A stretch of 64,000 bases of DNA, taken from the NCBI GenBank assembly GCA_037624485.1, contig JASJJC010000015.1:3326-67325 (forward strand), written 5' to 3'. A model generated the notes under the pieces. It did no database searches. It saw only the letters and a program-made list of their open reading frames with translations, and was not told the origin of the DNA. This document shows, one piece after another, positions 28,815 to 38,800 of this stretch. The position numbers and the translations under genes are program-made. Numbering within the stretch: the first letter of the stretch is position 1; each line of letters opens with the position of its first letter. This DNA is from Chitinophagales bacterium. Its GTDB lineage: Bacteria; Bacteroidota; Bacteroidia; Chitinophagales; UBA8649.

Positions 28815-30208
28815 TAGTTCTTGGTTCTATTCTTAATGAAATTGTAAAGTAAACGAACTCCTACTCCTGTTCCATTTTTTCCTCTGTAAGAGTCTGGAGA
28901 TTTCAAAAATGCAGCTCCTGCAATATCAATATGCATCCATGGATAGTCAACGAAGTGCTGTAAAAACATTCCAGCGGTTGTTTGACCAGCAAAGGCTCCT
29001 CCAAGGTTGTTGATGTCTGCTATTTCAGATTTAAGCATTGTCTCGTATTCTTCCCACATCGGAAACTCAACTAAACGTTCATGAACAGCTTCACCGCTTT
29101 GTTTTAACTGATTTTTCAAGGTATCTGAGGCGTTGCCCATGCAAGCTACTCCGGCAGGGCCTATTGCTCTGGCTGCTGCCCCTGTTAAGGTGGCCAAGTC
29201 AATTACGAATTCAGGTTTCAGTTTTTTTGCATAGTGCAAGGCATCAGCTAGCACTAACCTGCCTTCGGCATCCGTATTTAAAACCTCGACCGTTTTTCCA
29301 CTATACATAGTAAGTACATCTCCAGGTGCAATTGCATCTAAGCCTGGACGATTATCTGTAGCAGGTATCAAACCGATAACATGTATCGGTAGGTTTTGTC
29401 CAGCAATGGCGCAGAATGCACCAACAACAGCAGCAGAACCACCCATGTCGCTCTTCATCATATCCATGCTGTTGGCCGTAGGCTTGAGGCTTAGTCCTCC
29501 TGTATCATACATGACTCCTTTACCTACAAGGACAATTGGCTGACTATTAACAGCCTTGCTTGATTTGTATTCAAGGATGTTAAATGTCGGTTCTTGGATG
29601 CTTCCTTTATTCACACCAAGTATTCCTCCCATTTTTTCTTTTACAATTCGCTCTTTTTCCCAAACTTTTAAATTAAACCCATATTGTTTACCTAAGCGCT
29701 TGATTTCTTTCGAATATTGTTGGGCATTCAGGAAACTATGCGGCTCATTAACCAAAGTTCGCGCAATGCATGTTGATGCTATAATGTTGACTAATTCATT
29801 CATATCAGCTTTCGCGATATCAGTTGTGTGAAGGTTTATCTTTTTTGCTATTTTTTTGGCTTTGTATTTTTCAAATGCATACGAAGAGAGTCCAATACCC
29901 TCTATAAAAGCGAAAAGTCCTTCCTTACTCGCTGTAGAGTTTATATTCCAATTTTGGAGGGCTAATCCACTTGCTAATTTGTATAACTGCTCACCACTTT
30001 TTCTGCACTTTTCCAATTGCTCTTCAGCTTTCACAATTACCGTTGTACCCTTTTCATTAGTAAAGTGAAAGAAGTTTTTATCCTTGGCTGATTTAATCGC
30101 TTTTACTTGATATGCATCTAGATTATTTTTTGCTTTCAGGTTTGAAAGAAAATAAATAGTGTTCGCCGTTTTACTGTCTAATTTGTTGCTAATGCTAAAA
30201 TGTTCCAT
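28814..30208 (-). CDS. Leucyl aminopeptidase, M17 family
   Basis: VGKGVMYDTGGLSLK and NTDAEGRLVLADAL. Start set at the ATG at 30208 (MEHFSIS...) rather than the GTG at 30250, because a TAttTTTG box lies just upstream of 30208. TAATG overlap with pdxA. Confidence 0.85.
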   Translation of the reverse strand: MEHFSISNKLDSKTANTIYFLSNLKAKNNLDAYQVKAIKSAKDKNFFHFTNEKGTTVIVKAEEQLEKCRKSGEQLYKLASGLALQNWNINSTASKEGLFAFIEGIGLSSYAFEKYKAKKIAKKINLHTTDIAKADMNELVNIIASTCIARTLVNEPHSFLNAQQYSKEIKRLGKQYGFNLKVWEKERIVKEKMGGILGVNKGSIQEPTFNILEYKSSKAVNSQPIVLVGKGVMYDTGGLSLKPTANSMDMMKSDMGGSAAVVGAFCAIAGQNLPIHVIGLIPATDNRPGLDAIAPGDVLTMYSGKTVEVLNTDAEGRLVLADALHYAKKLKPEFVIDLATLTGAAARAIGPAGVACMGNASDTLKNQLKQSGEAVHERLVEFPMWEEYETMLKSEIADINNLGGAFAGQTTAGMFLQHFVDYPWMHIDIAGAAFLKSPDSYRGKNGTGVGVRLLYNFIKNRTKN

Positions 30209-30228
30209 AGAAATCCTTAAATAGTCTG

Positions 30229-30236
30229 CAAAAATA
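30229..30236 (-). promoter_or_regulatory. Bacteroidota-type -7 promoter box for the aminopeptidase-pdxA operon
   Basis: The minus strand reads TATTTTTG, 20 nt upstream of the ATG at 30208. Confidence 0.4.
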
Positions 30237-30264
30237 GCAATATTTGTCACCTAAATAAGAATAC

Positions 30265-31044
30265 TTGGCAAAACATAAGCACATCCATTTAAATAAATCA
30301 TTAGGGCAACACTTCCTGAAAGACGATTACGTTTTAACCCAAATTTATGAATCTATTTTGGAAAATACGCAGGGTCTGCCTTTATTGGAAGTTGGGCCAG
30401 GTGCCGGTGCATTGAGTGGATATTTACAGGAACAAAAGAAATATAAATTAGTTGAATTTGATTCTCGTTGGGTAAAGCATTTAAAGGAGGAATACCCTGA
30501 TTTGCAAGATGAAATTATTCAGGCAGACTTTTTACAAGCCTCTCTTAAAGAATTTTTTGATGAGCCCTTTGCTGTAGTTGGCAACTTCCCATACAACATA
30601 TCTTCTCAAATTGTCTTTAAAATCATTGATAACAAAGAAACCGTTCCCGTAATGCTCGGAATGTTTCAAAAAGAGATGGCGCGACGAATTTGTGCAAAAG
30701 AGGGGAGTAAGGAGTTTGGTATTATAACTGTGCTTACTCAATTATTTTACGAAACTACTTATCTTTTTGACGTGCCAAGAGAAGCCTTTAATCCTCCTCC
30801 AAAAGTGATGAGTGGAGTTATGGTAATGAAAAGAAGAAAAACAGACTTCGCGGTAAACCCTGTATTTTTTAAAACTATGGTAAAACTTGCATTTAATCAA
30901 AGACGCAAAACCTTGAGAAATAGTTTGAAACAATATATTAATAACGACGAGGTCAAGGCGCTCGAGGTCTTTAATCTTCGTCCAGAGCAAGTTTCACTAG
31001 ACGGTTTGATTAATTTGGCAAACATCTTAGAATTGTATAATTAA
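30265..31044 (+). CDS. rsmA: 16S rRNA (adenine1518/1519-N6)-dimethyltransferase RsmA/KsgA
   Basis: LGQHFL, EVGPGAGALS and VGNFPYNISS. TTG start; no in-frame ATG precedes the LGQHFL motif. Confidence 0.9.
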   Translation: MAKHKHIHLNKSLGQHFLKDDYVLTQIYESILENTQGLPLLEVGPGAGALSGYLQEQKKYKLVEFDSRWVKHLKEEYPDLQDEIIQADFLQASLKEFFDEPFAVVGNFPYNISSQIVFKIIDNKETVPVMLGMFQKEMARRICAKEGSKEFGIITVLTQLFYETTYLFDVPREAFNPPPKVMSGVMVMKRRKTDFAVNPVFFKTMVKLAFNQRRKTLRNSLKQYINNDEVKALEVFNLRPEQVSLDGLINLANILELYN

Positions 31045-31973
31045 TGAAAGCACTTATCACCGATCATGTGCACCCGATATTGTTGGAGAAATTTGACAAG
31101 GCAGGAATCTCAAGCACCTATTTGCCAAAAATAAACCAAAAAGAAGTGGAGTCGATGATTAAGGACTTTGAAATCTTGGTTATTAATAGCAAAATAACAA
31201 TCGAAAAAAACTTTTTGAATAAAGCGACCAGACTTAAAGTCATTGGTCGATTGGGAAGCGGATTGGAAATAATAGATTTAAAGGCAGCAGAAAAAAATGG
31301 AGTGCTCGTTTTTAATTCTCCAGAGGGGAATCGAGATGCAGTAGCAGAGCATGCCGTCGGTATGTTACTCGCCTTGTTCAATAATTTAAATCGAGCCCAC
31401 CGCGATGTGGTCCATTTTAACTGGGACAGAGAAGCAAATAGGGGGGAGGAGTTAATGGGGAAGACGGTTGGAATTATTGGCTTTGGAAATACGGGACAAG
31501 CCCTAGCAAAAAAAATAAGTGGTTTTGGCGTGGAGACTTTATTTTACGATAAATATGCAACTATGGATAACAACCATTTTGCAAGAGGTGTTGGTTTAGA
31601 TGAGCTTCAAGAAAAAGCAGATATCATTTCCTTTCACGTGCCTTACAATAAAGAAACACATCACTATTTGAATGATTCTTTTGTGGATAAGATGAAAAAG
31701 GATTTTTACCTGATAAATACTTCAAGAGGAAAAGTTGTTTGCAAGGACGCCTTATTAAAGGCTTTGGGAAGTTCAAAAATAAAGGGTGCTTGTTTGGATG
31801 TTTTTGATAATGAAAATATCCAAAGCTATTCCGTTGAAGAGAAGGCTTATATCAATGCATTTAATCAATCAGGATGCGTCATACTCTCTACACATGTTGC
31901 GGGATGGACGAGACAATCAAAAATTAGATTAGCTGAAATTTTAAGCCATAAAATTCTTGCAACATTGCCTTAA
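31044..31973 (+). CDS. D-isomer-specific 2-hydroxyacid dehydrogenase family protein (phosphoglycerate dehydrogenase-like)
   Basis: NAD fold GIIGFGNTGQALA, INTSRGKVV and LDVFDNE. TAATG overlap with rsmA. Confidence 0.8.
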   Translation: MKALITDHVHPILLEKFDKAGISSTYLPKINQKEVESMIKDFEILVINSKITIEKNFLNKATRLKVIGRLGSGLEIIDLKAAEKNGVLVFNSPEGNRDAVAEHAVGMLLALFNNLNRAHRDVVHFNWDREANRGEELMGKTVGIIGFGNTGQALAKKISGFGVETLFYDKYATMDNNHFARGVGLDELQEKADIISFHVPYNKETHHYLNDSFVDKMKKDFYLINTSRGKVVCKDALLKALGSSKIKGACLDVFDNENIQSYSVEEKAYINAFNQSGCVILSTHVAGWTRQSKIRLAEILSHKILATLP

Positions 31974-32052
31974 AAGTTGTTCTTTATTAGAACTGTTAAT
32001 AAAACTTAAAAACTTTGACAAATAAATGAGTTTTGTTTCTTAGAAATTTATT

Positions 32053-32060
32053 TAACTTTG
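32053..32060 (+). promoter_or_regulatory. Bacteroidota-type -7 promoter box for the outer-membrane trio
   Basis: TAACTTTG lies 34 nt upstream of the ATG at 32094. Confidence 0.4.
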
Positions 32061-32093
32061 GCGTGTTGTTAAAATAATGTTAAACAATTAAAT

Positions 32094-35000
32094 ATGCAGA
32101 AAAATTATTTTTTAGTACTCATGTTTTCCTTGCTTTCCTTAGGCTTATTTGCCCAGAGTGGAGAGATTAGTGGTAAGATTACGGATGAGAATGGCGAGGG
32201 TGTCCCATTTGCATCGGTTGCAATTGTTGAAAATGGTTCGCCGACAGGAGTTGGCGCTACTACCGATTTCGATGGGTTTTATTCAGTTAAACCCTTAAGT
32301 CCCGGAAAGTACGATGTGCAGTTTTCCAATATAGGATACACGACCATTCGTGAAGTAGGGGTTGTGGTTAAGAATGACCAGACCACTTATATGGACAAAA
32401 AACTATCGCCTTCAGAACAAATAATTGAAGAAGTTGTCGTGATCCAATATAAGGTGCCATTAATCGATGCTGGTGAAACCTCATCTAAAAATACAGTTAC
32501 TGCAGAGGATATTGCTGATTTGCCTACAAGAAATATTCAGAATATTGCCTCAACCACAGCCGGTGTTCAGCAATCAGATAAAGGTGGTGGAATTAATATT
32601 AGAGGGGGTAGAGGTGATGCTATTGTTTATTATGTAGATGGAATACGTGTGAGTGGTAACGTGAATCTTCCTGTTTCTGCTATTGAGCAAATAGATATTA
32701 TTACTGGTGGGGTATCCGCTAAGTTTGGTAATTCAACTTCAGGAGTAATTAATATTTCTACGAAAGGAGGAGCTAAGAAACTTACAGGTGGAGTTGAAGT
32801 TCAGTCATCTTTGGATAGATGGAGGTTTGATCTTGTGAATGTTAATTTATCTGGTCCCTTAGTGAAAAACGCTGCCGGTCAAACGGTTGTTGGTTACTCG
32901 TTGAATGGAGAATACCAAAGACAAAAAGATTCAAGACCTGCTGCTGTAGATATGTATAAAGTGAAAGATGATTTATTTACAAGTCTTCAAGAAACTCCAT
33001 TAGCACTTAATGAAGAAGGGAACTTAATCGTAAGATCGGAGCAACTGACATTTGATTCTTTAGAAGTAAACAACATTAAAAGAAATACAGTTGACAATCA
33101 AGCAAGGTTTAACGGAAAGTTAGATTTTAGACTAGGAAATGGCAAATATTTAGCTATTGGGGGGAATATGGATTACAAATATTACCATAGATGGATCGAG
33201 CAATACTCTTTATTGAACTTTGAAAACAACCCATTATATATTGAGCAGAATTACAAAACATTCATTCGATTCACGCAAAACTTCAATAAAAATCTAGAGG
33301 AAGGACAAAGACAAGGAGCTATTCAAAATGCTTTTTATCAATTACAGTTTGATTTCGAGAAATATAAAAGAGAGTATGAAGATGATAGTCATGGTGACGA
33401 TTATTGGGCATATGGATATATTGGAAAGTTTGACGTAGAAAGAGCGCCAGTTTTCTCACCAAATGCGGATGAAGAATTTTGGGAATTGAGCAACTATTCG
33501 GATACAGCTGTGTATTTTACTCCAAGTGATGTTAATCAACAGGGAGCGAATTTCACTTCTGCTTATTATGATTTATTAGGTACTCCGGGTGCAAATGGAC
33601 AGAATTACGTAGCTGGAGGTATTGCTGATTTGCAAGCCACTCAATCACTAGTAAATGGAGAAAGAGCTGAAATACCTTACAATATTTGGTATAACACAGG
33701 TCGCCAATATAATGGAACTGGAACTGATAATGATGACGAGAAATATAGATTTCAAATCAACTCAGGTTTTGATATTTTGAAGCCAGGTGCTGAAAGTAGA
33801 AACAAGCATTCACTTACTTTTGGGGTGGAGTACGAACATAGAGTGATGAGAAAATATTCAGTTTCTCCACTTTCTTTATGGGATGCTGCAAATGCCAATG
33901 TGAATAATCACTTAGAATTTGATACAGACAATCCTTTTTTCTACAACAATGGGGTACTTACGCCTGTTGCAGGAGCGCCAATTTACTTCAGTGATTCGAT
34001 ATTCTATGAATATGAAAGTGTACCTTTTAATGAAGATGGAGATCGAGTTCAATCGTATTTTGATGAAAATTTCAGGGCAGCAAATGGTGTTGCTGATAAT
34101 GAGTTTATTAATGTATCTAGTTTTCCTTTAGAAGCTTTTGATATTAACCACTTTAGTTCTGATGAGCTAATCGGTGTTTTGTACAATGGAACTACACCGG
34201 TTGGACGAAGTTACCGAGGTTATGATGTATATGGAAACAGAACATCAGGAAATGTAAGTTTTGAAGACTTCTGGAATAAAACAGATGAAAATGGAGTAAA
34301 AACAAGACCTGTCGCACCGTTTACACCAATATATGCTGCTGGTTACATCGAGGATAAGTTTCAACTGAAGGATCTTACTTTTAGACTAGGCTTCAGAGTG
34401 GATAGGTTTGATGCAAATCAAAAGGTCTTACAAGACCCTTATTCTGTTTTTGGTTCATTGACCGCTTCAGAGTTTGGATTGGATAACAAACCGGCTAACA
34501 TTGGCGATGACTATGCTGTTTACACAAGTGATGGAACCACAGGCGGTTCAATTGTCGGATATCGAGATGGCAACACTTTTTATGACAGTGAAGGTGTGCA
34601 AGTAAGAAACTATAACTCTTTAGGTTCTAGTCAAGCTGTACCGGTTAAGTCTGAGGAGCAAGGAGACAATACAAGAGACGAAGATTATCGTTTAGACTTA
34701 GCATTTGAAGATTACAAAGCTGCCTATGTTTTTATGCCGCGTTTGCAGTTTTCATTTAATATAACGGATAATGCGTTATTCTTTGCTCACTATGATGTTC
34801 TTTCTCAAACACCTCAGTCGAGAATAAGTGGAGGATTTATAGTGAATAGATCAATAGGAAGCCCTATGGATTATTACTTCTTCGATCAAATAGGAGGAAG
34901 TACAATTAATAATCCAAATCTAAAACCAGAAACTACTGTAGATTTTCAATTAGGATTCAAGCAAAAAGTTTCAGCATCTTCAGCAATTACATTCACTGCC

Positions 35001-35834
35001 TATTATAAAGAGTTTAAGGACCAGATACAGGTAAGACGGTTGGATGGAGTGAATGGCGCTCAAGGTAATCTTTACTACACATTTGATAACATTGATTTTG
35101 GTAATACTAAAGGCTTCGAATTCGGATATGACTTAAGAAGAACTAAAAATATTAGAATTACAGCTAACTACACCTTGCAGTTCGCTGAAGGAACAGGTAG
35201 TGATGATGGAACGCAGTTGCAAGTGGTAAGGAACTCTGGAACAAACTTCCGTTCAGTGAATCCTTTGGATTTTGATTCTCGTCACTCGATGAATGTCTCT
35301 TTTGACTACAGATTCAGCGATGGAAAAGAATACACCGGTCCTGTCACTAAAAAAGGGAAGCAAATCCTTTCAAACTTTGGTGTGAATGTTCTTGCTCAAG
35401 CTCGTTCAGGTACACCTTATACAAGGCAAGAGAATCCAACAGCTGATGGGCTTGTTACGGGATCAAGAAAAACAACTCTAGGATATATTAATGGATCAAG
35501 AATTGGTTGGAATTTTAGAGCAGATTTAAAAATTAGTAAATCATTCACGCTTGAGTTGTCTAAAAGCAATGAAGACAAACCTGGGAAGAAACTATACTTT
35601 GATCTATATCTATGGATTGATAATATTATCGGAACAGCAAATGTATTGAACGTATACCGATATACAGGCTCAGCTGGCGATGATGGATGGTTAGACAGTT
35701 CACTTGGCCAATTAGCTACGGATGCGGCTGTCTCCCCAACTTCATACAGAGATTTATATAACGCAACGATTAATTCACCGAGTAACTACACCGCTCCAAG
35801 AAGAATTTACTTGGGAGCATCGGTTAACTTTTAA
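32094..35834 (+). CDS. Oversized TonB-dependent-receptor-like outer-membrane protein (CarboxypepD_reg domain + plug + long beta-barrel)
   Basis: Signal peptide (GLFAQS). CarboxypepD_reg-like segment ISGKITDENGEGVPFASVAIV...GKYDVQFSNIGY. Plug-like segment VTAEDIADLPTRNIQNIASTTAGVQQ..GGINIRGGRGDAIVYYVDGIRV. About 1000 aa of alternating beta-strand-like sequence ending in the aromatic terminus ...YLGASVNF. No SusD-like partner follows. Confidence 0.75.
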   Translation: MQKNYFLVLMFSLLSLGLFAQSGEISGKITDENGEGVPFASVAIVENGSPTGVGATTDFDGFYSVKPLSPGKYDVQFSNIGYTTIREVGVVVKNDQTTYMDKKLSPSEQIIEEVVVIQYKVPLIDAGETSSKNTVTAEDIADLPTRNIQNIASTTAGVQQSDKGGGINIRGGRGDAIVYYVDGIRVSGNVNLPVSAIEQIDIITGGVSAKFGNSTSGVINISTKGGAKKLTGGVEVQSSLDRWRFDLVNVNLSGPLVKNAAGQTVVGYSLNGEYQRQKDSRPAAVDMYKVKDDLFTSLQETPLALNEEGNLIVRSEQLTFDSLEVNNIKRNTVDNQARFNGKLDFRLGNGKYLAIGGNMDYKYYHRWIEQYSLLNFENNPLYIEQNYKTFIRFTQNFNKNLEEGQRQGAIQNAFYQLQFDFEKYKREYEDDSHGDDYWAYGYIGKFDVERAPVFSPNADEEFWELSNYSDTAVYFTPSDVNQQGANFTSAYYDLLGTPGANGQNYVAGGIADLQATQSLVNGERAEIPYNIWYNTGRQYNGTGTDNDDEKYRFQINSGFDILKPGAESRNKHSLTFGVEYEHRVMRKYSVSPLSLWDAANANVNNHLEFDTDNPFFYNNGVLTPVAGAPIYFSDSIFYEYESVPFNEDGDRVQSYFDENFRAANGVADNEFINVSSFPLEAFDINHFSSDELIGVLYNGTTPVGRSYRGYDVYGNRTSGNVSFEDFWNKTDENGVKTRPVAPFTPIYAAGYIEDKFQLKDLTFRLGFRVDRFDANQKVLQDPYSVFGSLTASEFGLDNKPANIGDDYAVYTSDGTTGGSIVGYRDGNTFYDSEGVQVRNYNSLGSSQAVPVKSEEQGDNTRDEDYRLDLAFEDYKAAYVFMPRLQFSFNITDNALFFAHYDVLSQTPQSRISGGFIVNRSIGSPMDYYFFDQIGGSTINNPNLKPETTVDFQLGFKQKVSASSAITFTAYYKEFKDQIQVRRLDGVNGAQGNLYYTFDNIDFGNTKGFEFGYDLRRTKNIRITANYTLQFAEGTGSDDGTQLQVVRNSGTNFRSVNPLDFDSRHSMNVSFDYRFSDGKEYTGPVTKKGKQILSNFGVNVLAQARSGTPYTRQENPTADGLVTGSRKTTLGYINGSRIGWNFRADLKISKSFTLELSKSNEDKPGKKLYFDLYLWIDNIIGTANVLNVYRYTGSAGDDGWLDSSLGQLATDAAVSPTSYRDLYNATINSPSNYTAPRRIYLGASVNF

Positions 35835-35853
35835 TATTTAAGAAGATAAAGAC

Positions 35854-38800
35854 ATGAGAAAATTAGTGTATTTAGTTTTAGTATTAAGCATAGCAAACTT
35901 TGCTAGTGCAGAAAAACATATTGTTGGAAATAGCTCGAACAATAGTTCAAACGGTGGAGGTAAAACAGGTGTGTTTGATTGTTCTCCCTCAACTTCTCAA
36001 ATTGATTTAGATATCAATAATGTGAGAGCAAGAATTCTAGGTGGTGGAGATTTTTGGTGGGATGGTGTTGAAACAGCCAAATATGAAATTCCAAAAGTAG
36101 ATCCTGCTTCTGGAGCAACTCCAATCAATGCCTTGTTTGCCGGAGCTTTGTGGTTTACTGGTTTAGATAATGGGGGAAACCTACAGTGTGCTGCGCAAAC
36201 TTACAGAAACCAAGGACATGACTTTTTTACAGGTCCATTATATGGCAACTTCGGAGAAGTTTCATTTGATGAATGTGCAGCATTTGATGAACATTTTAAG
36301 GTTTATGGTTCAGATATAAACAGAATGAGAGGACTTTTTACTGGTGGTAATACGGTGACTAAATCTGATATTCTGGCATTGAAAGATCAAGGTGATCCAA
36401 ATAGTGATCCCTTGCAAATTTTAAGATGGCCGGGTAAAGGAAATCCATATTATTTGGAGAATGAAACAGATAAATATTACAACGAAGGTTCTTTAGCGCC
36501 GTTTTTTGACGTTGATGGAAATGACATTTATGATCCTACAAAAGGTGATTTCCCTATTATTGGTGTTTCCGATAATGGTGTTTTGACTGAAAATTTCGCA
36601 GATCAAATGATTTTCTGGGTAATTAACGACAATGGAAATATTCATGGTCGTACCGGAGGTACTCCAATGGGAGTTCAAGTAAATTGCTTAGCATTTGCTT
36701 ATCAAACTGCAGATGCCTTAAATGATATGACTTTCTATACGTTTGAGATAATTAAAAAATCACCAAATCCATTGTTTGAGACCTATATGGGAGTTTTTGT
36801 AGATCCGGATATGGGGGATTACTCTGATGATATGGTTGGTTGTGATACAACTCGTGAAATGGGATATATTTATAACCAAAATGCAGTTGATTTGCAGTAT
36901 GGCGCTAATCCACCCATTTTAGGTATCGATTATTTTGAAGGACCTTTGGATGATAATGGAAACCAGTTAGGTTTATCTTCTTTTGTTTTCTTTATCAATA
37001 GTGGACCAACAATACAGCAAGATCCTGATGATGCTCCAGAATTTAGGAATTTCCAAACTGGAAAATGGAAAGATGGTTCGCCAATTACTTTCGGTGGAAA
37101 TGGTGTAGGTGGACCTACCCCTACTAATTATTGTCTTTCAGGAAATCCAAACAATCCTGCTGAATGGTCAATCGCTCAAACAGCTCAATTAACTGGCGAT
37201 GATTACAGATTTGTTCAAAATTCAGGACCCTTTACATTGCAGCCAGGTGATCCTCAGAGGATTTCTATAGGTGCTCTCACAGTATTTCCCGATAATTATG
37301 ATGGAACACCTGATATAGAAAAAGAACTAGGAATAGCGGATGATTTAGCACAAAACTTGTTTGATAATAATTTTGATATCATTGATGGTCCAGATGCTCC
37401 AAGTTTAGCTATTCGTGAATTGCCAAACGAATTAGTAATTAACTTGCTCAACGAGCCGAGTTCAAACAATTTTGGAGAATCTTATAATGAGCCGCATGCC
37501 TTGCCTGATAATGGAAGTGTAGGGAATGACTCTTTATATAGATTTCAGGGATATTTGGTATATCAATTGAAAACTGACAAGGTTACCGCTCAGGATTTAG
37601 ACGATGACGGTCAGGCTAAATTGATTTTTCAAGCGGATTTGAAAGATGATTTATCCGATATATATGATTATTCAGATAATGGAGTTGGATCCTACAATGC
37701 GAATCTAAAAGTGTCTGGCGTAAATGATGGAATATCTAGAAACTTGATTATCACTGAAGATGCATTCGCAACGGGTGAAAAATTCCTAGTAAACAATAAA
37801 AAATACTATTTTGCAGCGGTTGCATATGCTACTACCGAGTATAATCCTTTTCCTATTATTCCAACCTTACCTGAATTAGAAATATTTAAGCAAGGTAGAG
37901 GGAACTTTAAAATTTATTCTGCGATTCCTCATCAAATTGATTCACGTAATGGAGGTACAATTCTTCAAGCCGAAGCAGGAGATGCCTTGTCAGTGTTTAG
38001 ATATGAGGGTGAAGGAAATGGAGGTGTTGCCATTCGGTTATCAGAAGCAAGTGAGCAAGCTATTCTAGAGCCACCATTTTACTTTGAAGATATTATTGAG
38101 TACCAGTTAGGCTTTGATCCAATCAAAGCAAAAGTAATAGATCCTCTAAAATTGCAAGAAGTACAATTTGAATTGGTATTTGAATCTTACGAGTTATCAG
38201 TAGATACAATTATCGGTGCAGATACGACTTTCACTTATACCTCTTCTACTAGTTTTGCTGATAGTAGTTATTGGAAGATATATGTAAGGAATAATCAAGG
38301 AACTCCAATTGACACTATTTTTGCTGAGAGGAGTTTTGATAGACAATACGAACAGGTGATATCGGAATACGGAATTTCTGTAAATGTTAATCTTCCTGCT
38401 CCTGGTAATATTAATTTAAGAAATGGCGTGGGCGTTTATTCACCAATTTCTAGTTTACTTACTTTTGAAGATCCTACAAAAAAATGGTTGAGTAATATAA
38501 AGGATGAAGGCTTCCCAACACCGACTAACTGGATAAGAGATGGTTCAGGTATAGGTTCTACTTTTCCTGGTATTTTCGATTCTCATCAATATGATGAATT
38601 GACGGGAGGTTTAGATACGGTTTTTTATGACCCATCTACATCCACTACTCCATCTTTGTATGGTACTAGTTTGTTGGATGGCTCTATAGCTCCATATTGC
38701 TTGGCTTCTAATTATGCTAACCCAAGTGTTGGAAATCCTCCAGTGGTTGCAGAAGGTCGACCTGAGTACTTATTTGGTCCAGCCTTCCGTTGGGATGTCT